Source of the DNA: Phycisphaeraceae bacterium
GTDB lineage: Bacteria > Planctomycetota > Phycisphaerae > Phycisphaerales > Phycisphaeraceae
Direction: 5' to 3'
Assembly: GCA_963674705.1 (NCBI GenBank)
Contig: OY771506.1
Span: 3,168,001-3,232,000, forward strand
DNA: 64,000 nucleotides
The notes beneath the pieces are model-generated. The model saw nothing but the letters and a program-made list of their open reading frames with translations. It was not told where the DNA came from and made no database searches. The translations under genes were made by a program, and so were the position numbers. Of this stretch, positions 39,862 to 50,210 are shown piece after piece (position 1 is the stretch's first letter; every line of letters starts with the position of its first letter).

Positions 39862-40224
39862 ATGGTATCCCGCCCTAAAGCATTTCTGATATGCGCGACC
39901 ACAGTTCTGACAAGCATTGTTGTTGCTGTCATTACGCCTTTTCTATTCGCGTTTGGTTGCTTGTTTGTACGAACGGCGCTTGGTTCTAGGGAAACGGATT
40001 CTCTTGCAGATGCTTTCTTTTTCTTGGTGGGGATACTTGCAGGTATATGTATTTTCGGCGCTGGTATTGGCCTGAGTTATCGTATCTGGTTACGGTTGCG
40101 GAGTGCTGCCGTTGGATGTTGCACTGTCTGTGGGTATGACCTTCGCGGCAATCCGGCTGCTCCGATCTGCCCGGAGTGTGGTGCGAAGCACAATCCCGGC
40201 GAAGCCGGAGCAGCGGATGAATAG
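39862..40224 (+). CDS. 2-TM protein with C-terminal zinc ribbon
   Basis: CTVCGYDLRGNPAAPICPECG. Confidence 0.8.
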   Translation: MVSRPKAFLICATTVLTSIVVAVITPFLFAFGCLFVRTALGSRETDSLADAFFFLVGILAGICIFGAGIGLSYRIWLRLRSAAVGCCTVCGYDLRGNPAAPICPECGAKHNPGEAGAADE

Positions 40225-40236
40225 GCATCTGTATGC

Positions 40237-40620
40237 ATGTCGAATAGATTCTGGGACATCTTGTAGATCTCATTATCCATACCACTTGGGTGTGCTGGTA
40301 TTCTCATTACATTCATCATTACCTTCGGGGTATGCGGTGTGTTGTTTGATGCAATCGGGCTGGGAAGTCTGGGCGGGATTTTTGCATTTCTACTTGCGAT
40401 CGTTGTCTGCTCCGGGATGGGGTTTGTGGAATATCATGTTCTGTTCAAGCAGTGGGTCCAGGATTCGAGACCTGAACCGGGGCATGGATACTGCATCCGT
40501 TGCGGCTACGACCTGCGGGGCTGCCGAGATGCGCATGCGTGTCCGGAGTGTGGGAAGTGGCAATACATTCCTCGCGAGCCTGAGGTAGGGCAGGGGCGGA
40601 AGAAGAATAAGACGGTTTAA
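40237..40620 (+). pseudogene. 2-TM zinc-ribbon paralog with an in-frame TAG at codon 10 (or a shorter CDS from 40339)
   Basis: ATG 40237 MSNRFWDIL*ISLSIPLGCAGILITF... is in frame with CIRCGYDLRGCRDAHACPECG. Confidence 0.6.
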
Positions 40621-40687
40621 TCTCGTGAAGTCTGCTGCCGATGATTTGTGATAAGTTTGTTATAGGATTTGTCGCGCACGGCAGAGG

Positions 40688-41386
40688 TTGTATGCTGGCG
40701 TGACGATCGGCCGCATAAGCAGCTTGTGTCGCGTGCGGCGGGCGGATCACAGAAAGGAAATAATCATCGACAGCGTCTTTCCCAAGCCGTTTTACCGTTG
40801 GCGTCCACACCCCTGGCACGGGCTCGAGCCCGGGTTGGAGCCGCCGTTACGGATGCAGGTGTATATCGAGATTACGCCGTTCAGCTCCGTGAAGTATGAG
40901 ATCTGCAAGACGACGGGCTATCTGCGAGTGGATCGGCCGCAGCGCAGCAGTGCCCAGCCGCCTGCGCTGTATGGGTTCATGCCACGGACCTATTGCGGCG
41001 ATCGGGTGGGGGCGCTATCTCCCAAGGCCAAGTGCGGTGACCACGACCCGTTGGATGCCTGCGTGATCAGCGAGCGGCCGATCAATCGCGGTGATGTATT
41101 GCTGAACACCCGCGTGATTGGTGGCTTGCAGTGCATCGACGGCGACGAAGCGGACGACAAGATCATCGCTGTACTCGAGAGCGACAACATGTACGGGGAT
41201 GTGCACGAGCTGGAAGACCTGCCCGAAATCCTGGTCGAGCGTTTACGCCATTACTTCAGCACGTACAAGATGGAACCCGGCGGGAAGTCCGCGATGTCCG
41301 TCGAAGAAATCTACGGCAGGGACAAAGCGGCGAAGGTTATTGAGGCATCGATGCGGGATTACGCGGAGTTCTTCGGCGGGCATTGA
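40688..41386 (+). CDS. ppa: inorganic pyrophosphatase, family I (start uncertain)
   Basis: [39 protein letters not shown]. Confidence 0.93.
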   Translation: MYAGVTIGRISSLCRVRRADHRKEIIIDSVFPKPFYRWRPHPWHGLEPGLEPPLRMQVYIEITPFSSVKYEICKTTGYLRVDRPQRSSAQPPALYGFMPRTYCGDRVGALSPKAKCGDHDPLDACVISERPINRGDVLLNTRVIGGLQCIDGDEADDKIIAVLESDNMYGDVHELEDLPEILVERLRHYFSTYKMEPGGKSAMSVEEIYGRDKAAKVIEASMRDYAEFFGGH

Positions 41387-41503
41387 ACTTCAGTATAAAT
41401 GGTCAGCAACATAATTCATTGGCTACGATGTCGGTATCTTACGGCATTGCAGTTATTCATTTACACTATCTTCGTTTGATCATGCGCCGTAAGGGAGTTT
41501 ATC

Positions 41504-41758
41504 ATGGGGCCTAAAACAGAAGCGTTGATCCTTATCGTAGTTATCATGGTGGCATCGGTCATTGGTATGCCTGTTTCTGTATTTCTTTTCATGATGATCG
41601 GTGAGCTGATTCAAAGATTGCGGGGCGTGGAAGGTCCTCTGGATACTGACCCAATTCTCTGGTTAGGTATGTTGATTGGAGTGGTCGTTGGTATTCTCGT
41701 TCTCGGCCTGGGGATATTAATGTCAGTTAAAATCTGGAATAAAGCGATGAAATCGTAA
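41504..41758 (+). CDS. small 2-TM membrane protein
   Basis: 84 aa, AAGGGAG SD, AT-rich context. Confidence 0.65.
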   Translation: MGPKTEALILIVVIMVASVIGMPVSVFLFMMIGELIQRLRGVEGPLDTDPILWLGMLIGVVVGILVLGLGILMSVKIWNKAMKS

Positions 41759-41854
41759 AGCTATTTATTATAAGTTGGGTGTTTACTCTCTAAGCGAGCC
41801 TGTTTGCCATATTGCGTCGAACCTGTTACCAACTGGGTTATGCCAACTAAAACC

Positions 41855-42556
41855 ATGATACGAAAGCGTAACGACCTGCGGCCGACGACGATCAAGAAGT
41901 ATCCGACGGCGGCGGCGGGGTCGGTGATTATCGAGGTGGGTGGGACGCGGGTGCTTTGTACGGCCAGCATCTCGCAGGACCCGCCTAAGTGGCTGCCTAA
42001 AGATGATGAGGGGAACTACAAGAGCGGGTGGGTGACGGCAGAATACAGCATGCTGCCGGGTTCGACGCCTGACCGTAAGCGGCGTGGGCCTGATTCGCGC
42101 GGGACGGAGATTCAGCGGTTGATCGGGCGTGTGCTGCGGGCGTCGGTTGACCTGGACAAGATGCCGGGTGTGGCGATCACGTGCGACTGCGATGTGCTGG
42201 TCGCGGACGGCGGGACGCGGACAGCGTCGATCACCGGGGCGTGGGTAGCGTTATACCAAGCGATCGGGGAAGCGAAGAAGCAGGGGGCGATCAGGGATGA
42301 GCCGAGGCTTGGGCCTGTCGCGGCGGTGAGTGTGGGGATCGTGGATGGCAAGCCGGCGCTTGATCTGGATTACGAGCTGGATGTGCGGGCTGAGGTCGAC
42401 ATGAATGTCGCGATGAATCACAAGGGGGACTTCATCGAGGTGCAGGGGACGGGCGAGAAGGGGACGTTCAAGCGTGAAGAATTGGATGAGCTATTGGACC
42501 TTGCGTGCAAGGGGATACGTAAGCTGATCCGGATTCAGCGTGTGGCGGTGAAGTGA
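41855..42556 (+). CDS. rph: ribonuclease PH
   Basis: GWVTAEYSMLP, EIQRLIGRVLR, ADGGTRTASITG, DMNV, IEVQGTGE. Confidence 0.95.
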   Translation: MIRKRNDLRPTTIKKYPTAAAGSVIIEVGGTRVLCTASISQDPPKWLPKDDEGNYKSGWVTAEYSMLPGSTPDRKRRGPDSRGTEIQRLIGRVLRASVDLDKMPGVAITCDCDVLVADGGTRTASITGAWVALYQAIGEAKKQGAIRDEPRLGPVAAVSVGIVDGKPALDLDYELDVRAEVDMNVAMNHKGDFIEVQGTGEKGTFKREELDELLDLACKGIRKLIRIQRVAVK

Positions 42557-42564
42557 GTGAGCTG

Positions 42565-43680
42565 TTACGGTTGCTGGTTGGGGACGGGATCGATTTGGTT
42601 GGGTTTGGGGACACCAGAACCGAGCAGCAGCAGGATAGCGCCGGGGGTTGAAGAAATTACCAGGCAGACGCCGGCGAGCAGAGACATCGCCAGGACGGAT
42701 TCTTTCGGTGCGCCGTAGAGCGCGAGCAGGCTGACAAACATGGTTTCGCGAACGCCCCACCCTGAGACGGAGATCGGGATGAGCATGACGAAGATGACGG
42801 TGGGGACGACCACGAACAGGGCGCTGACTGGCAGTTCGAGCCCGATCGCCCGGGAAGCGGCCCAATAAACCGAAATCCTCAGCACATTGAATAACAGCGA
42901 CTGGAGCATGCCCCAGGCGAGCAGGCCCGGGCGTCCGCGGTAAGCGTCAAGGCTCTGGTAGACCTTGTTCTGTTTGTCGCGGATCATGCTGAAGATCTTC
43001 AGCAAGGTTTTTGAGAATAGATGCCATACTTTGGCAGGGATAGTTTTGCATGCATTGGAATCTGATGTGTCGTTCTGTCCTGCGCCAGAAATTGATGCGG
43101 CGTATGCTTCGAGTTTGGCGAGGATCCAATCCGTCAGCGATCGGAACTTTGGGTTCATGATCGCGAACCACATAGCGAGCATGAAAATCAGCGCGCCACC
43201 GGCAACTATTTCGATACCGGGCAGGATGCCGCGCGTTTCCATGAGCAGACCCAGGAGGATCATCAGCGCGAGGCCTGTGAGTCCCAGCAACCTGTCCATG
43301 AGGATGGAGGTGAAGGACATAGCCAGGTCACTGGTGTAGCGCGCCAGGCCGTACATACGGACGAGTTCGATGCCGACGGCGCCGAGGCCGACATTGCCGA
43401 TGAAGGCGCTGAGGTATCGGATGCGAAGCAGTGCCAGGAAGGGGGTTTTGCTGTTGGTGTGGTTGAGCAGGATCATCCACTTGTAGGTGCCATGCAGGTG
43501 CTCAAGGAACATGATGCCGAAGATGGCGAGGACCATGAGCGGATCGGCATGGATGATAGCGTTGAAGATGTTGGCCGGGCCGACCTTGTAGAGCAGGAAT
43601 GCGAGCAGACCGACACTGACCACGATGCGGATGATGCTGGCGAGGGGGCTGTTTTTTTTAGTTGAAGGCTGACTCGTCAA
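42565..43680 (-). CDS. UPF0104 / lysylphosphatidylglycerol-synthase-TM (flippase-like) protein
   Basis: SILMDRLLGL, LIPISVSGWGVRE. Confidence 0.85.
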   Translation of the reverse strand: MTSQPSTKKNSPLASIIRIVVSVGLLAFLLYKVGPANIFNAIIHADPLMVLAIFGIMFLEHLHGTYKWMILLNHTNSKTPFLALLRIRYLSAFIGNVGLGAVGIELVRMYGLARYTSDLAMSFTSILMDRLLGLTGLALMILLGLLMETRGILPGIEIVAGGALIFMLAMWFAIMNPKFRSLTDWILAKLEAYAASISGAGQNDTSDSNACKTIPAKVWHLFSKTLLKIFSMIRDKQNKVYQSLDAYRGRPGLLAWGMLQSLLFNVLRISVYWAASRAIGLELPVSALFVVVPTVIFVMLIPISVSGWGVRETMFVSLLALYGAPKESVLAMSLLAGVCLVISSTPGAILLLLGSGVPKPNQIDPVPNQQP

Positions 43681-43855
43681 ACGTCACATCCTGCGTGGGG
43701 AGGCTGAGAGTATATGCATGGAACGACCTTCCCGCATTTTGGCGGGTTGATTATTTGATCGACCGGTTGGGTATCTTTGCTTTGAGGATAAAGGGGGGTG
43801 TTGTCATGTCAGATAAAATCTTACATTCCAGAGAGTTACAGCCTGTTTAGTCCGA

Positions 43856-44845
43856 TTATTCACTCGACCTGCCGGGGCCCATTCCTTTTATACAGAATAG
43901 TGCACCGGGCAATACGGAGATGGTTCCCAGAATACCCACCAGTATGGACATCGCGGCGACCTTCTCGCCATCGGCTCCGTAGGCAGTGAGGATCTGGACG
44001 AACATCAACTCTCGGACGCCCCAGCCGGCGATGGAGATCGGGATCAGCATGACGAAAATAATCACGGGAACAGCCACGATATAGCCGGCGACGGGGGCCT
44101 GGACACCGATCGCCAGTCCGGCTGTATAGCACACCGAAATACGGATGCCGTTGTAGAGCAATGATTGCAGCATCGCCCATGCCAGCAATCCGGGTCGGCT
44201 GCGGTACTCGTCCATACTGATGTAGACCTTGTTCTGTTTGTCACGCACGACTGCCAGGAGGTGGTGTGAGAGCATCCAGTCTGTCATGCGCCGGAACCAT
44301 GGATTCATGATGGCGATCCAACCGCAAGCGATCAGGACAAGTGCACCGGCAGCCCAGTATTCGATGTTGGGGATTGACTCTCTGCCGACAAGAAAGACGC
44401 CGATCAGAATTGTGAGGCACAAGCCTGTCAGCCCCAGGATGCGATCCATCAGGATGGATGTGAATGATGTCGCAAGGTCTGAGGTGTGTTTAGCCAAGCC
44501 GTACATGCGGACGAGTTCGATACCGACCGCCCCGGGCAGGAACATGCCAACGAAGCCGCTGATATAAGTCAGTTTGAACAAGGGCCAGAATCGAACGTTG
44601 TGATCGGTATGTTTAAGAAGTATCAGCCACTTGTATGTGCCGTGCAATCCTTCAACGAACATGAGAAGAAGTACGACCAGTACCCAGATTAGTCTGGTAT
44701 CACGTAGGGCATCAATCGTGTTTGCGAATCCAAGTTGCCGCAGTACCAGGGCGAGTAATCCAAGGCTGACCAGTGCGCGGGCAATTGCGAGGCCTTTTTT
44801 GAGAAGAATGCGTTTTCGGGATGTTGGGGAGGAGACCTCGTTCAT
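43856..44845 (-). CDS. UPF0104 / lysylphosphatidylglycerol-synthase-TM protein (paralog)
   Basis: FLPGAVG, SILMDRILGL, LIPISIAGWGVRE. Confidence 0.85.
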   Translation of the reverse strand: MNEVSSPTSRKRILLKKGLAIARALVSLGLLALVLRQLGFANTIDALRDTRLIWVLVVLLLMFVEGLHGTYKWLILLKHTDHNVRFWPLFKLTYISGFVGMFLPGAVGIELVRMYGLAKHTSDLATSFTSILMDRILGLTGLCLTILIGVFLVGRESIPNIEYWAAGALVLIACGWIAIMNPWFRRMTDWMLSHHLLAVVRDKQNKVYISMDEYRSRPGLLAWAMLQSLLYNGIRISVCYTAGLAIGVQAPVAGYIVAVPVIIFVMLIPISIAGWGVRELMFVQILTAYGADGEKVAAMSILVGILGTISVLPGALFCIKGMGPGRSSE

Positions 44846-44887
44846 AGCCTGAACTTCTTATTGAGATGTGGCTTGGGTCTCCGCTGG

Positions 44888-46111
44888 TCAGCTGCAATCA
44901 TCTGCAACGGCCACATAAGCGCTTGGCCGGTTGACGCCAAAGTATAACCGCTGGACGATCGGGTTCTGATGGGCCCATGCCATGAATCCATGATACGCCA
45001 TGTGCAGGCTTGTTTTCAGGCAAGAACGCGAGACGCATATGCGTTGCAACGGCTGGATATCTTTGGCGATATGCCTTTTGTAAGATTCATCGCCCTGACC
45101 CAGATCGAAACTTTTCACTCTGGGGTCCATGTGTGCAGCTTCTATGCTTTTTAGCATGGCAAGAAAACCCGGGCTGAAACGCAAAACATCCGGGTTGTTG
45201 TCCATCCCGCCATTGTAGGCTGTGGCGATGTGATTGAAGTGGAATATCAGGTCTATGTTGAATGTCTTGCTGTTGACTTCCAATACATGTAACTGGAGTG
45301 TGCCTTCATCAAGCATTGCCTTGAATAACCGTGTGAAGACAGTAATACGCTCGGGTGTTCGGAACATCCCGCGTTGTCCGCGTTCGACCTGTCGCTGCTG
45401 GTGTAGACGAAACAGGTCCACAAGCAGGTTATCGATATTCTGAGAACTCGTGACTCGTCGGAATACGACGTCACCGCTATTGTTTAATCGCTGCCAGTAG
45501 CGTCGAAAATTTTTACGTGTGGGTTTGCTTAATTGCATGAGGTAGTTGTCGAAGCATATGCCGATTGAGATATGCCTGGATTGGTCATATGTCTGTACAT
45601 CTTTGCAGAATGACCCCAAGGTGTCCGGCAGCAGATCCCGATGATGCTCCCACAGATGTGAGTTTTGGGGTATTTTTAATAACTCAAGCATGTCCAGTCG
45701 GCACATGTTTTCACGAAACCACCTTGATAACAGACTGACCGCGTTTTGACGGTCAGCATCATCAGCAATCAATATGTCCTGGTAATCACTCAGACTTTGA
45801 CCGAGTAAACGCAAGACCCGTGCGCCCAGTTTCCCTAAACGTTGTTCGATTACGAACGGGGCGAGCGCATCGATCCTGCCCTCGGGGTTATAGACAGCAA
45901 GCAGGCATAGCCTGGCGTGGGGGGTGGATTCCAGTTGCCACAAGTGCGACAGCCACGTGTGTGTCTGGAATACGCCACACCGGCTGTCTCTTGCCTCCAG
46001 TGACTTCCAGTCCTTGTGCAGACTGTCAAAGGCTGATGTGTCGGTGAAGACAGCCAGACGGCCGTGCGGTTCTGAAAGTTTGCCGGAATAGACGGCATTC
46101 ATCGTTGTCAT
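44888..46111 (-). CDS. CelD/BcsL-like GNAT (Acetyltransf_6) protein
   Basis: FQTHTWL, SDYQDIL, FSPGFL, FDLGQGDESYK. Confidence 0.85.
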   Translation of the reverse strand: MTTMNAVYSGKLSEPHGRLAVFTDTSAFDSLHKDWKSLEARDSRCGVFQTHTWLSHLWQLESTPHARLCLLAVYNPEGRIDALAPFVIEQRLGKLGARVLRLLGQSLSDYQDILIADDADRQNAVSLLSRWFRENMCRLDMLELLKIPQNSHLWEHHRDLLPDTLGSFCKDVQTYDQSRHISIGICFDNYLMQLSKPTRKNFRRYWQRLNNSGDVVFRRVTSSQNIDNLLVDLFRLHQQRQVERGQRGMFRTPERITVFTRLFKAMLDEGTLQLHVLEVNSKTFNIDLIFHFNHIATAYNGGMDNNPDVLRFSPGFLAMLKSIEAAHMDPRVKSFDLGQGDESYKRHIAKDIQPLQRICVSRSCLKTSLHMAYHGFMAWAHQNPIVQRLYFGVNRPSAYVAVADDCS

Positions 46112-46162
46112 CTTGGTACCCCTCCAAGTGGATTCGACTATATGCCGATGAACTGGACATGA

Positions 46163-47071
46163 TTATAACCTATTACCGTATCTATTATGCATGATATTTG
46201 CCAATCCGATGCGCCCTTTACCGGGTAATCTTCGTACAAATTCTCCGCTGAGCCGGACGATCATGTCGGGAAAGGTGGAAGGGCGGTTGATCGGGCGGTG
46301 GGGCAGGACACCCCACCAGAAGCCGCGGTAACCGAGCTGCTTGGCGGTCTGTATGGCCAGGGGCGTGCCGTAATATTGCGGGAACGCCAGGTGCTGGGTG
46401 TTTTTGGATAGTGTTTGATCGAGGGTGGCCTTGGCTTGTTTAAGGTCCTCATCCAGCGGGACGGGTTCGGGCCTGCGCAGGTTGGCTACTTCGTTGTCCA
46501 CGCCGGATAACTGCAGGGGCTTGGGCCAGTCGGGCACGTAGCGGTGGCTGTTGGTGTGGGGCTGGAAGTCGATGTGGCCGCTGTCATGCATGTGACGGAT
46601 CTGCTGCCAGTCGCACAGGCCCCCGTGCGAGTCATGTCCGTTGGCGACATTGTTTTCATCCGGTTCGCGGTGCAGTGCGGGGCAGATGAAAGCGACGGCC
46701 TTGTGGTGGTATTCTTCGAGTAAAGGGAACGCCACGTCGTATAAAGTGCGCTGCCCGTCATCAAAACTCAGGACGACGCTGCGTGGCGGGGCGGGCACGA
46801 CGTCACGTTTTGGGCCGGGCGTATTATGTGGCAGGTGGTTGAGCAGTTGGTCAGCGGTCAGGGTTGTGTAACCGTTGTCCGAAAGGAACTCGAGGTCTGC
46901 CCGGAAGGTGGGTTCATCGATGACGTGGTAGCAGAAGACGGGCACTTCATTGGTCAGTGGTGCAGGGGAGCGTTTGAAAATAAAGCCCGGCAATCCACCT
47001 GTAAGTCCACAGTGGATCTCGGGCCAGTTTTTACGCCAACTGTCTCGTATCGCTGTAAACGGATGGCTCAA
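46163..47071 (-). CDS. polysaccharide deacetylase
   Basis: FCYH, LSFDDG, HTNSH, AFPQY. Confidence 0.85.
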   Translation of the reverse strand: MSHPFTAIRDSWRKNWPEIHCGLTGGLPGFIFKRSPAPLTNEVPVFCYHVIDEPTFRADLEFLSDNGYTTLTADQLLNHLPHNTPGPKRDVVPAPPRSVVLSFDDGQRTLYDVAFPLLEEYHHKAVAFICPALHREPDENNVANGHDSHGGLCDWQQIRHMHDSGHIDFQPHTNSHRYVPDWPKPLQLSGVDNEVANLRRPEPVPLDEDLKQAKATLDQTLSKNTQHLAFPQYYGTPLAIQTAKQLGYRGFWWGVLPHRPINRPSTFPDMIVRLSGEFVRRLPGKGRIGLANIMHNRYGNRL

Positions 47072-47110
47072 GGCTTATGACCAAAAAGATGGTGGGTTTG
47101 ACCAGGCGAC

Positions 47111-48352
47111 TTAAACGCGTTCCAGAGAACTTTTATCCGTCTGAAGCGTTTGGCTGGTCAATTGTTGGCTTTTATCCGACTCGTCAGAATGCAAGGCTTC
47201 AAGCGGCACGACAGTTTCACCTGCCGCTAATGCACGGTAGATCGAAGCAATCCGGTCGATGTGTCGCTCGATATCGTAGTGGCTGACAGTTTCGTGAGCC
47301 CCGTGCGTGATGATTTGAGTCAGTAACGGGTCGGACAGAACTGAGATCAATGCTTCGGAAAGAGCTTGGGCGTCGTTCGGCCTGAACAGGACGCCGTTGA
47401 CACAGTGATTGATTGTTTCCGCCAGACCACCTACCGCGGAGGCGACCACGGGCTTGTCCAACGCCATCGCTTCCAGCAGTGAATAAGGTAAGCCCTCTCG
47501 CAACGAAGGCATCGCGACCACATCGATCGCACGTAAGTAGGGGCAGACATCCTGGACCTGGCCGGTGAAAGTGACGTAGCCGTACAACCCCAGTTCGTGG
47601 ACACGTTGATTTAAGCGTTCGTGCTCTTCACCTTCACCGACGATCATGAGCCTTGCGTTGGGGAACTTAGCCAGCACACCGGGCATGGCTCGGAGCAACG
47701 TGTCGTGCCCTTTCACCGCAGCCAGTCTGCCCACGATGCCGATGACCTTGTTATCAGGGAATATGCCTAGCGACTCACGGCACTGCTTGCCCGCTTCCTG
47801 GGGGGTGCTTTGAAGCTCATCCAGCACAATACCGTTGTGCAGGACTTCGGAGCGAGAAGGATTGATACCGAGTTTGAACTTGCCGTGCTCCTCAACATCT
47901 TTCGAGACGGACAGGTTCCATGAGTTGAACCGGTTGGTCCATCGCAACATTCTCTGGACAGATCTGGACAATGGTTCGCAGTCGTGCAGGTGTGAGACAA
48001 CCGGGACACCAGCAAGCCAGCCCGCGATGCGTGACGCCAGGATACCTTTCATCCCCGCGCAGTGGATGACCTGGATCCTTTCACGGCGAACCAGTCGGTA
48101 TACATCTAACGCGGACAGGGGATTCCTTTTGGCACGGCCGAAGAAGACCGGCTGGATACCTTTACGTTTAATCTGTTCGGAGGCGGGGTGTTCACCACGC
48201 AGGAATGCGACATGCAGATCGACATCACGCTGAAGCAAGCGTGGCAGCACGGTCAGAAAATACCGTGTCGCGCCATGGATAACACCTCCGGCATGGCCAA
48301 AGTGGTCACTAACGAACAGCACGCGCAGCTTTTTGTTGGTATCAGTGTTCAC
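47111..48352 (-). CDS. GT4 glycosyltransferase
   Basis: VGRLAAVKGH, MPSLREGLPYSLLEAMA; GGAGG SD before GTG 48352. Confidence 0.92.
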   Translation of the reverse strand: MNTDTNKKLRVLFVSDHFGHAGGVIHGATRYFLTVLPRLLQRDVDLHVAFLRGEHPASEQIKRKGIQPVFFGRAKRNPLSALDVYRLVRRERIQVIHCAGMKGILASRIAGWLAGVPVVSHLHDCEPLSRSVQRMLRWTNRFNSWNLSVSKDVEEHGKFKLGINPSRSEVLHNGIVLDELQSTPQEAGKQCRESLGIFPDNKVIGIVGRLAAVKGHDTLLRAMPGVLAKFPNARLMIVGEGEEHERLNQRVHELGLYGYVTFTGQVQDVCPYLRAIDVVAMPSLREGLPYSLLEAMALDKPVVASAVGGLAETINHCVNGVLFRPNDAQALSEALISVLSDPLLTQIITHGAHETVSHYDIERHIDRIASIYRALAAGETVVPLEALHSDESDKSQQLTSQTLQTDKSSLERV

Positions 48353-48530
48353 GGGTGGTCCCCCACCTCCAAATGGGTGAGTTATTGATGCGTGCATACC
48401 ACATGGTGTGCCTTCCTGGCGTGGCCAATAACTCCAGATTGAGTGTAGCACGAACCAAGAGCTCTGCAATGGTTGCCGAGGTCAAATTTCACTTTTTACG
48501 TACCAATCTCATGAATATATGATTCGGCAT

Positions 48531-49706
48531 ATGAAAACACAGATATCACTACTGGTATATCTTTTACTTGGTTCTACACTGCAGGGTTGTATGGCTCAGG
48601 CAAAATCGACGGATCCGAGAACTGAGCAATTAACCGGGGTCGACGCCGTGGTCGAGGCGGCGATTGAGCGTGGCGAGGTGCCCGGGGCCGTGCTGATTGT
48701 GGGGGACGGCGACGGGGTGTTTTACCGCAAAGCCTACGGCAGTCGGGCGATTAAGCCCAAGGTCAGCCCCATGACCCCTGATACGGTTTTTGACATGGCC
48801 AGCCTTACCAAGCCCACCGCCACCGCGACAAGCATCATGCTCCTGATCGAACGGGGGCAGTTGAAACTGACTGACAAGATCGCCGACTACATCCCCGAAT
48901 TCGGGCAGAACGGGAAGGATAAGATCACCGTCGAGATGTTACTGCTGCACCGTGGCGGGCTTACGCCGGATAACTCGTTAAAGGACTATGTCGGCACCCG
49001 CGAAGAGATGATCGATCGGATCAATGCGTTGCCTACCTTGTGGGAACCGGGCACAACGTATAAATATACGGATGTCGGCTTCATCGTGCTCGCAGAACTG
49101 ATAGAAAAAATCACCGGCCGGAACGTCGACCAGTTCTCCCGGGAAGAGATTTTCGTTCCGCTGGGTATGAACGAAACCACATACAAACCGACCGGCGACC
49201 TGGCAGCCCGTTGTGCGCCGACGGAGTTCATCGATGGCGAATGGCGGCTGGCTGAGGTCCACGACCCCCGGGCCTACCGTCTTGGCGGCATCGCGGGACA
49301 CGCCGGCCTGTTCTCCACCGTGGACGACCTGTCACGTTACTGTCGGATGCTCATGAACGGCGGCGAACTCGACGGCGTACGCATCCTCAAACAAGAAACC
49401 GTCGACGAGATGACAACACCGCGCCCGCTGGAAGGTGATGACAACGGCTGGCGTACCTATGGCTTCAGCACCCACACCTCCGACCAATCCGCCCGCGGCG
49501 CGGTCTTCGACTACGAAACCTCCTTCGGCCACACCGGCTGGACCGGCACCTGCTACTGGATCGACCCGACCAACAACCTCTTCTACATCCTGCTGACCAG
49601 CCGCTGCCACCCCAACGGCGACGAAGGCTCCGCCGGCCCCATCCGCCGAGAAGTCGCGACGTATATCGGCGAGGTATTGATTGAAGGGAAGAACCAGGGT
49701 GAGTGA
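48531..49706 (+). CDS. serine hydrolase, class C beta-lactamase-like; probable lipoprotein
   Basis: FDMASLTK (SxxK), YTD, GHAGLFS, GHTGWTG; LQGC lipobox-like. Confidence 0.9.
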   Translation: MKTQISLLVYLLLGSTLQGCMAQAKSTDPRTEQLTGVDAVVEAAIERGEVPGAVLIVGDGDGVFYRKAYGSRAIKPKVSPMTPDTVFDMASLTKPTATATSIMLLIERGQLKLTDKIADYIPEFGQNGKDKITVEMLLLHRGGLTPDNSLKDYVGTREEMIDRINALPTLWEPGTTYKYTDVGFIVLAELIEKITGRNVDQFSREEIFVPLGMNETTYKPTGDLAARCAPTEFIDGEWRLAEVHDPRAYRLGGIAGHAGLFSTVDDLSRYCRMLMNGGELDGVRILKQETVDEMTTPRPLEGDDNGWRTYGFSTHTSDQSARGAVFDYETSFGHTGWTGTCYWIDPTNNLFYILLTSRCHPNGDEGSAGPIRREVATYIGEVLIEGKNQGE

Positions 49707-49745
49707 GGCGCATTGACCAGTCGAGTATGCGTATTGGGAGGCAAT

Positions 49746-50210
49746 ATGGATTCTCGTCTCCGGTACTGGCTACGTATTACTATCTGGTTGGGCACGGCGT
49801 TCGCCTGGTATCTGCTTTGGTTGCATCGTTCTTACGGTAGAACGGGGATGATGGGATATGGGATTCCATTCAACTTTTATGAACGGTATGGTTATCTTTG
49901 TTGGTTTGAGATTACTACACCGGTAACACGGACGAGGTCAGCCCAGGAGGTCTTTGTCCATGTCGGTACACCAGTCTATGGCATCCATACAACTGAACTA
50001 TATGTGACCATCCTCTTGTCGCTTGTGTTTACAGGGCTCGCCATCCTGATCATTAAGTGGTTACCCAGACCCGTGAATTATGCCGCTTGCCACGAGTGCG
50101 GTTACAACCTGACTGGCAATGTAACAGGCAAGTGCCCGGAGTGTGGTGCGGATGTTTTGATTGATGAGACATCATCGGATCGGTCCCCTCTCCCCCCGGG
50201 AGAGGGTTAG
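49746..50210 (+). CDS. 2-TM protein with C-terminal zinc ribbon
   Basis: GGAGG SD; CHECGYNLTGNVTGKCPECG; the stop lies inside a REP arm. Confidence 0.8.
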   Translation: MDSRLRYWLRITIWLGTAFAWYLLWLHRSYGRTGMMGYGIPFNFYERYGYLCWFEITTPVTRTRSAQEVFVHVGTPVYGIHTTELYVTILLSLVFTGLAILIIKWLPRPVNYAACHECGYNLTGNVTGKCPECGADVLIDETSSDRSPLPPGEG

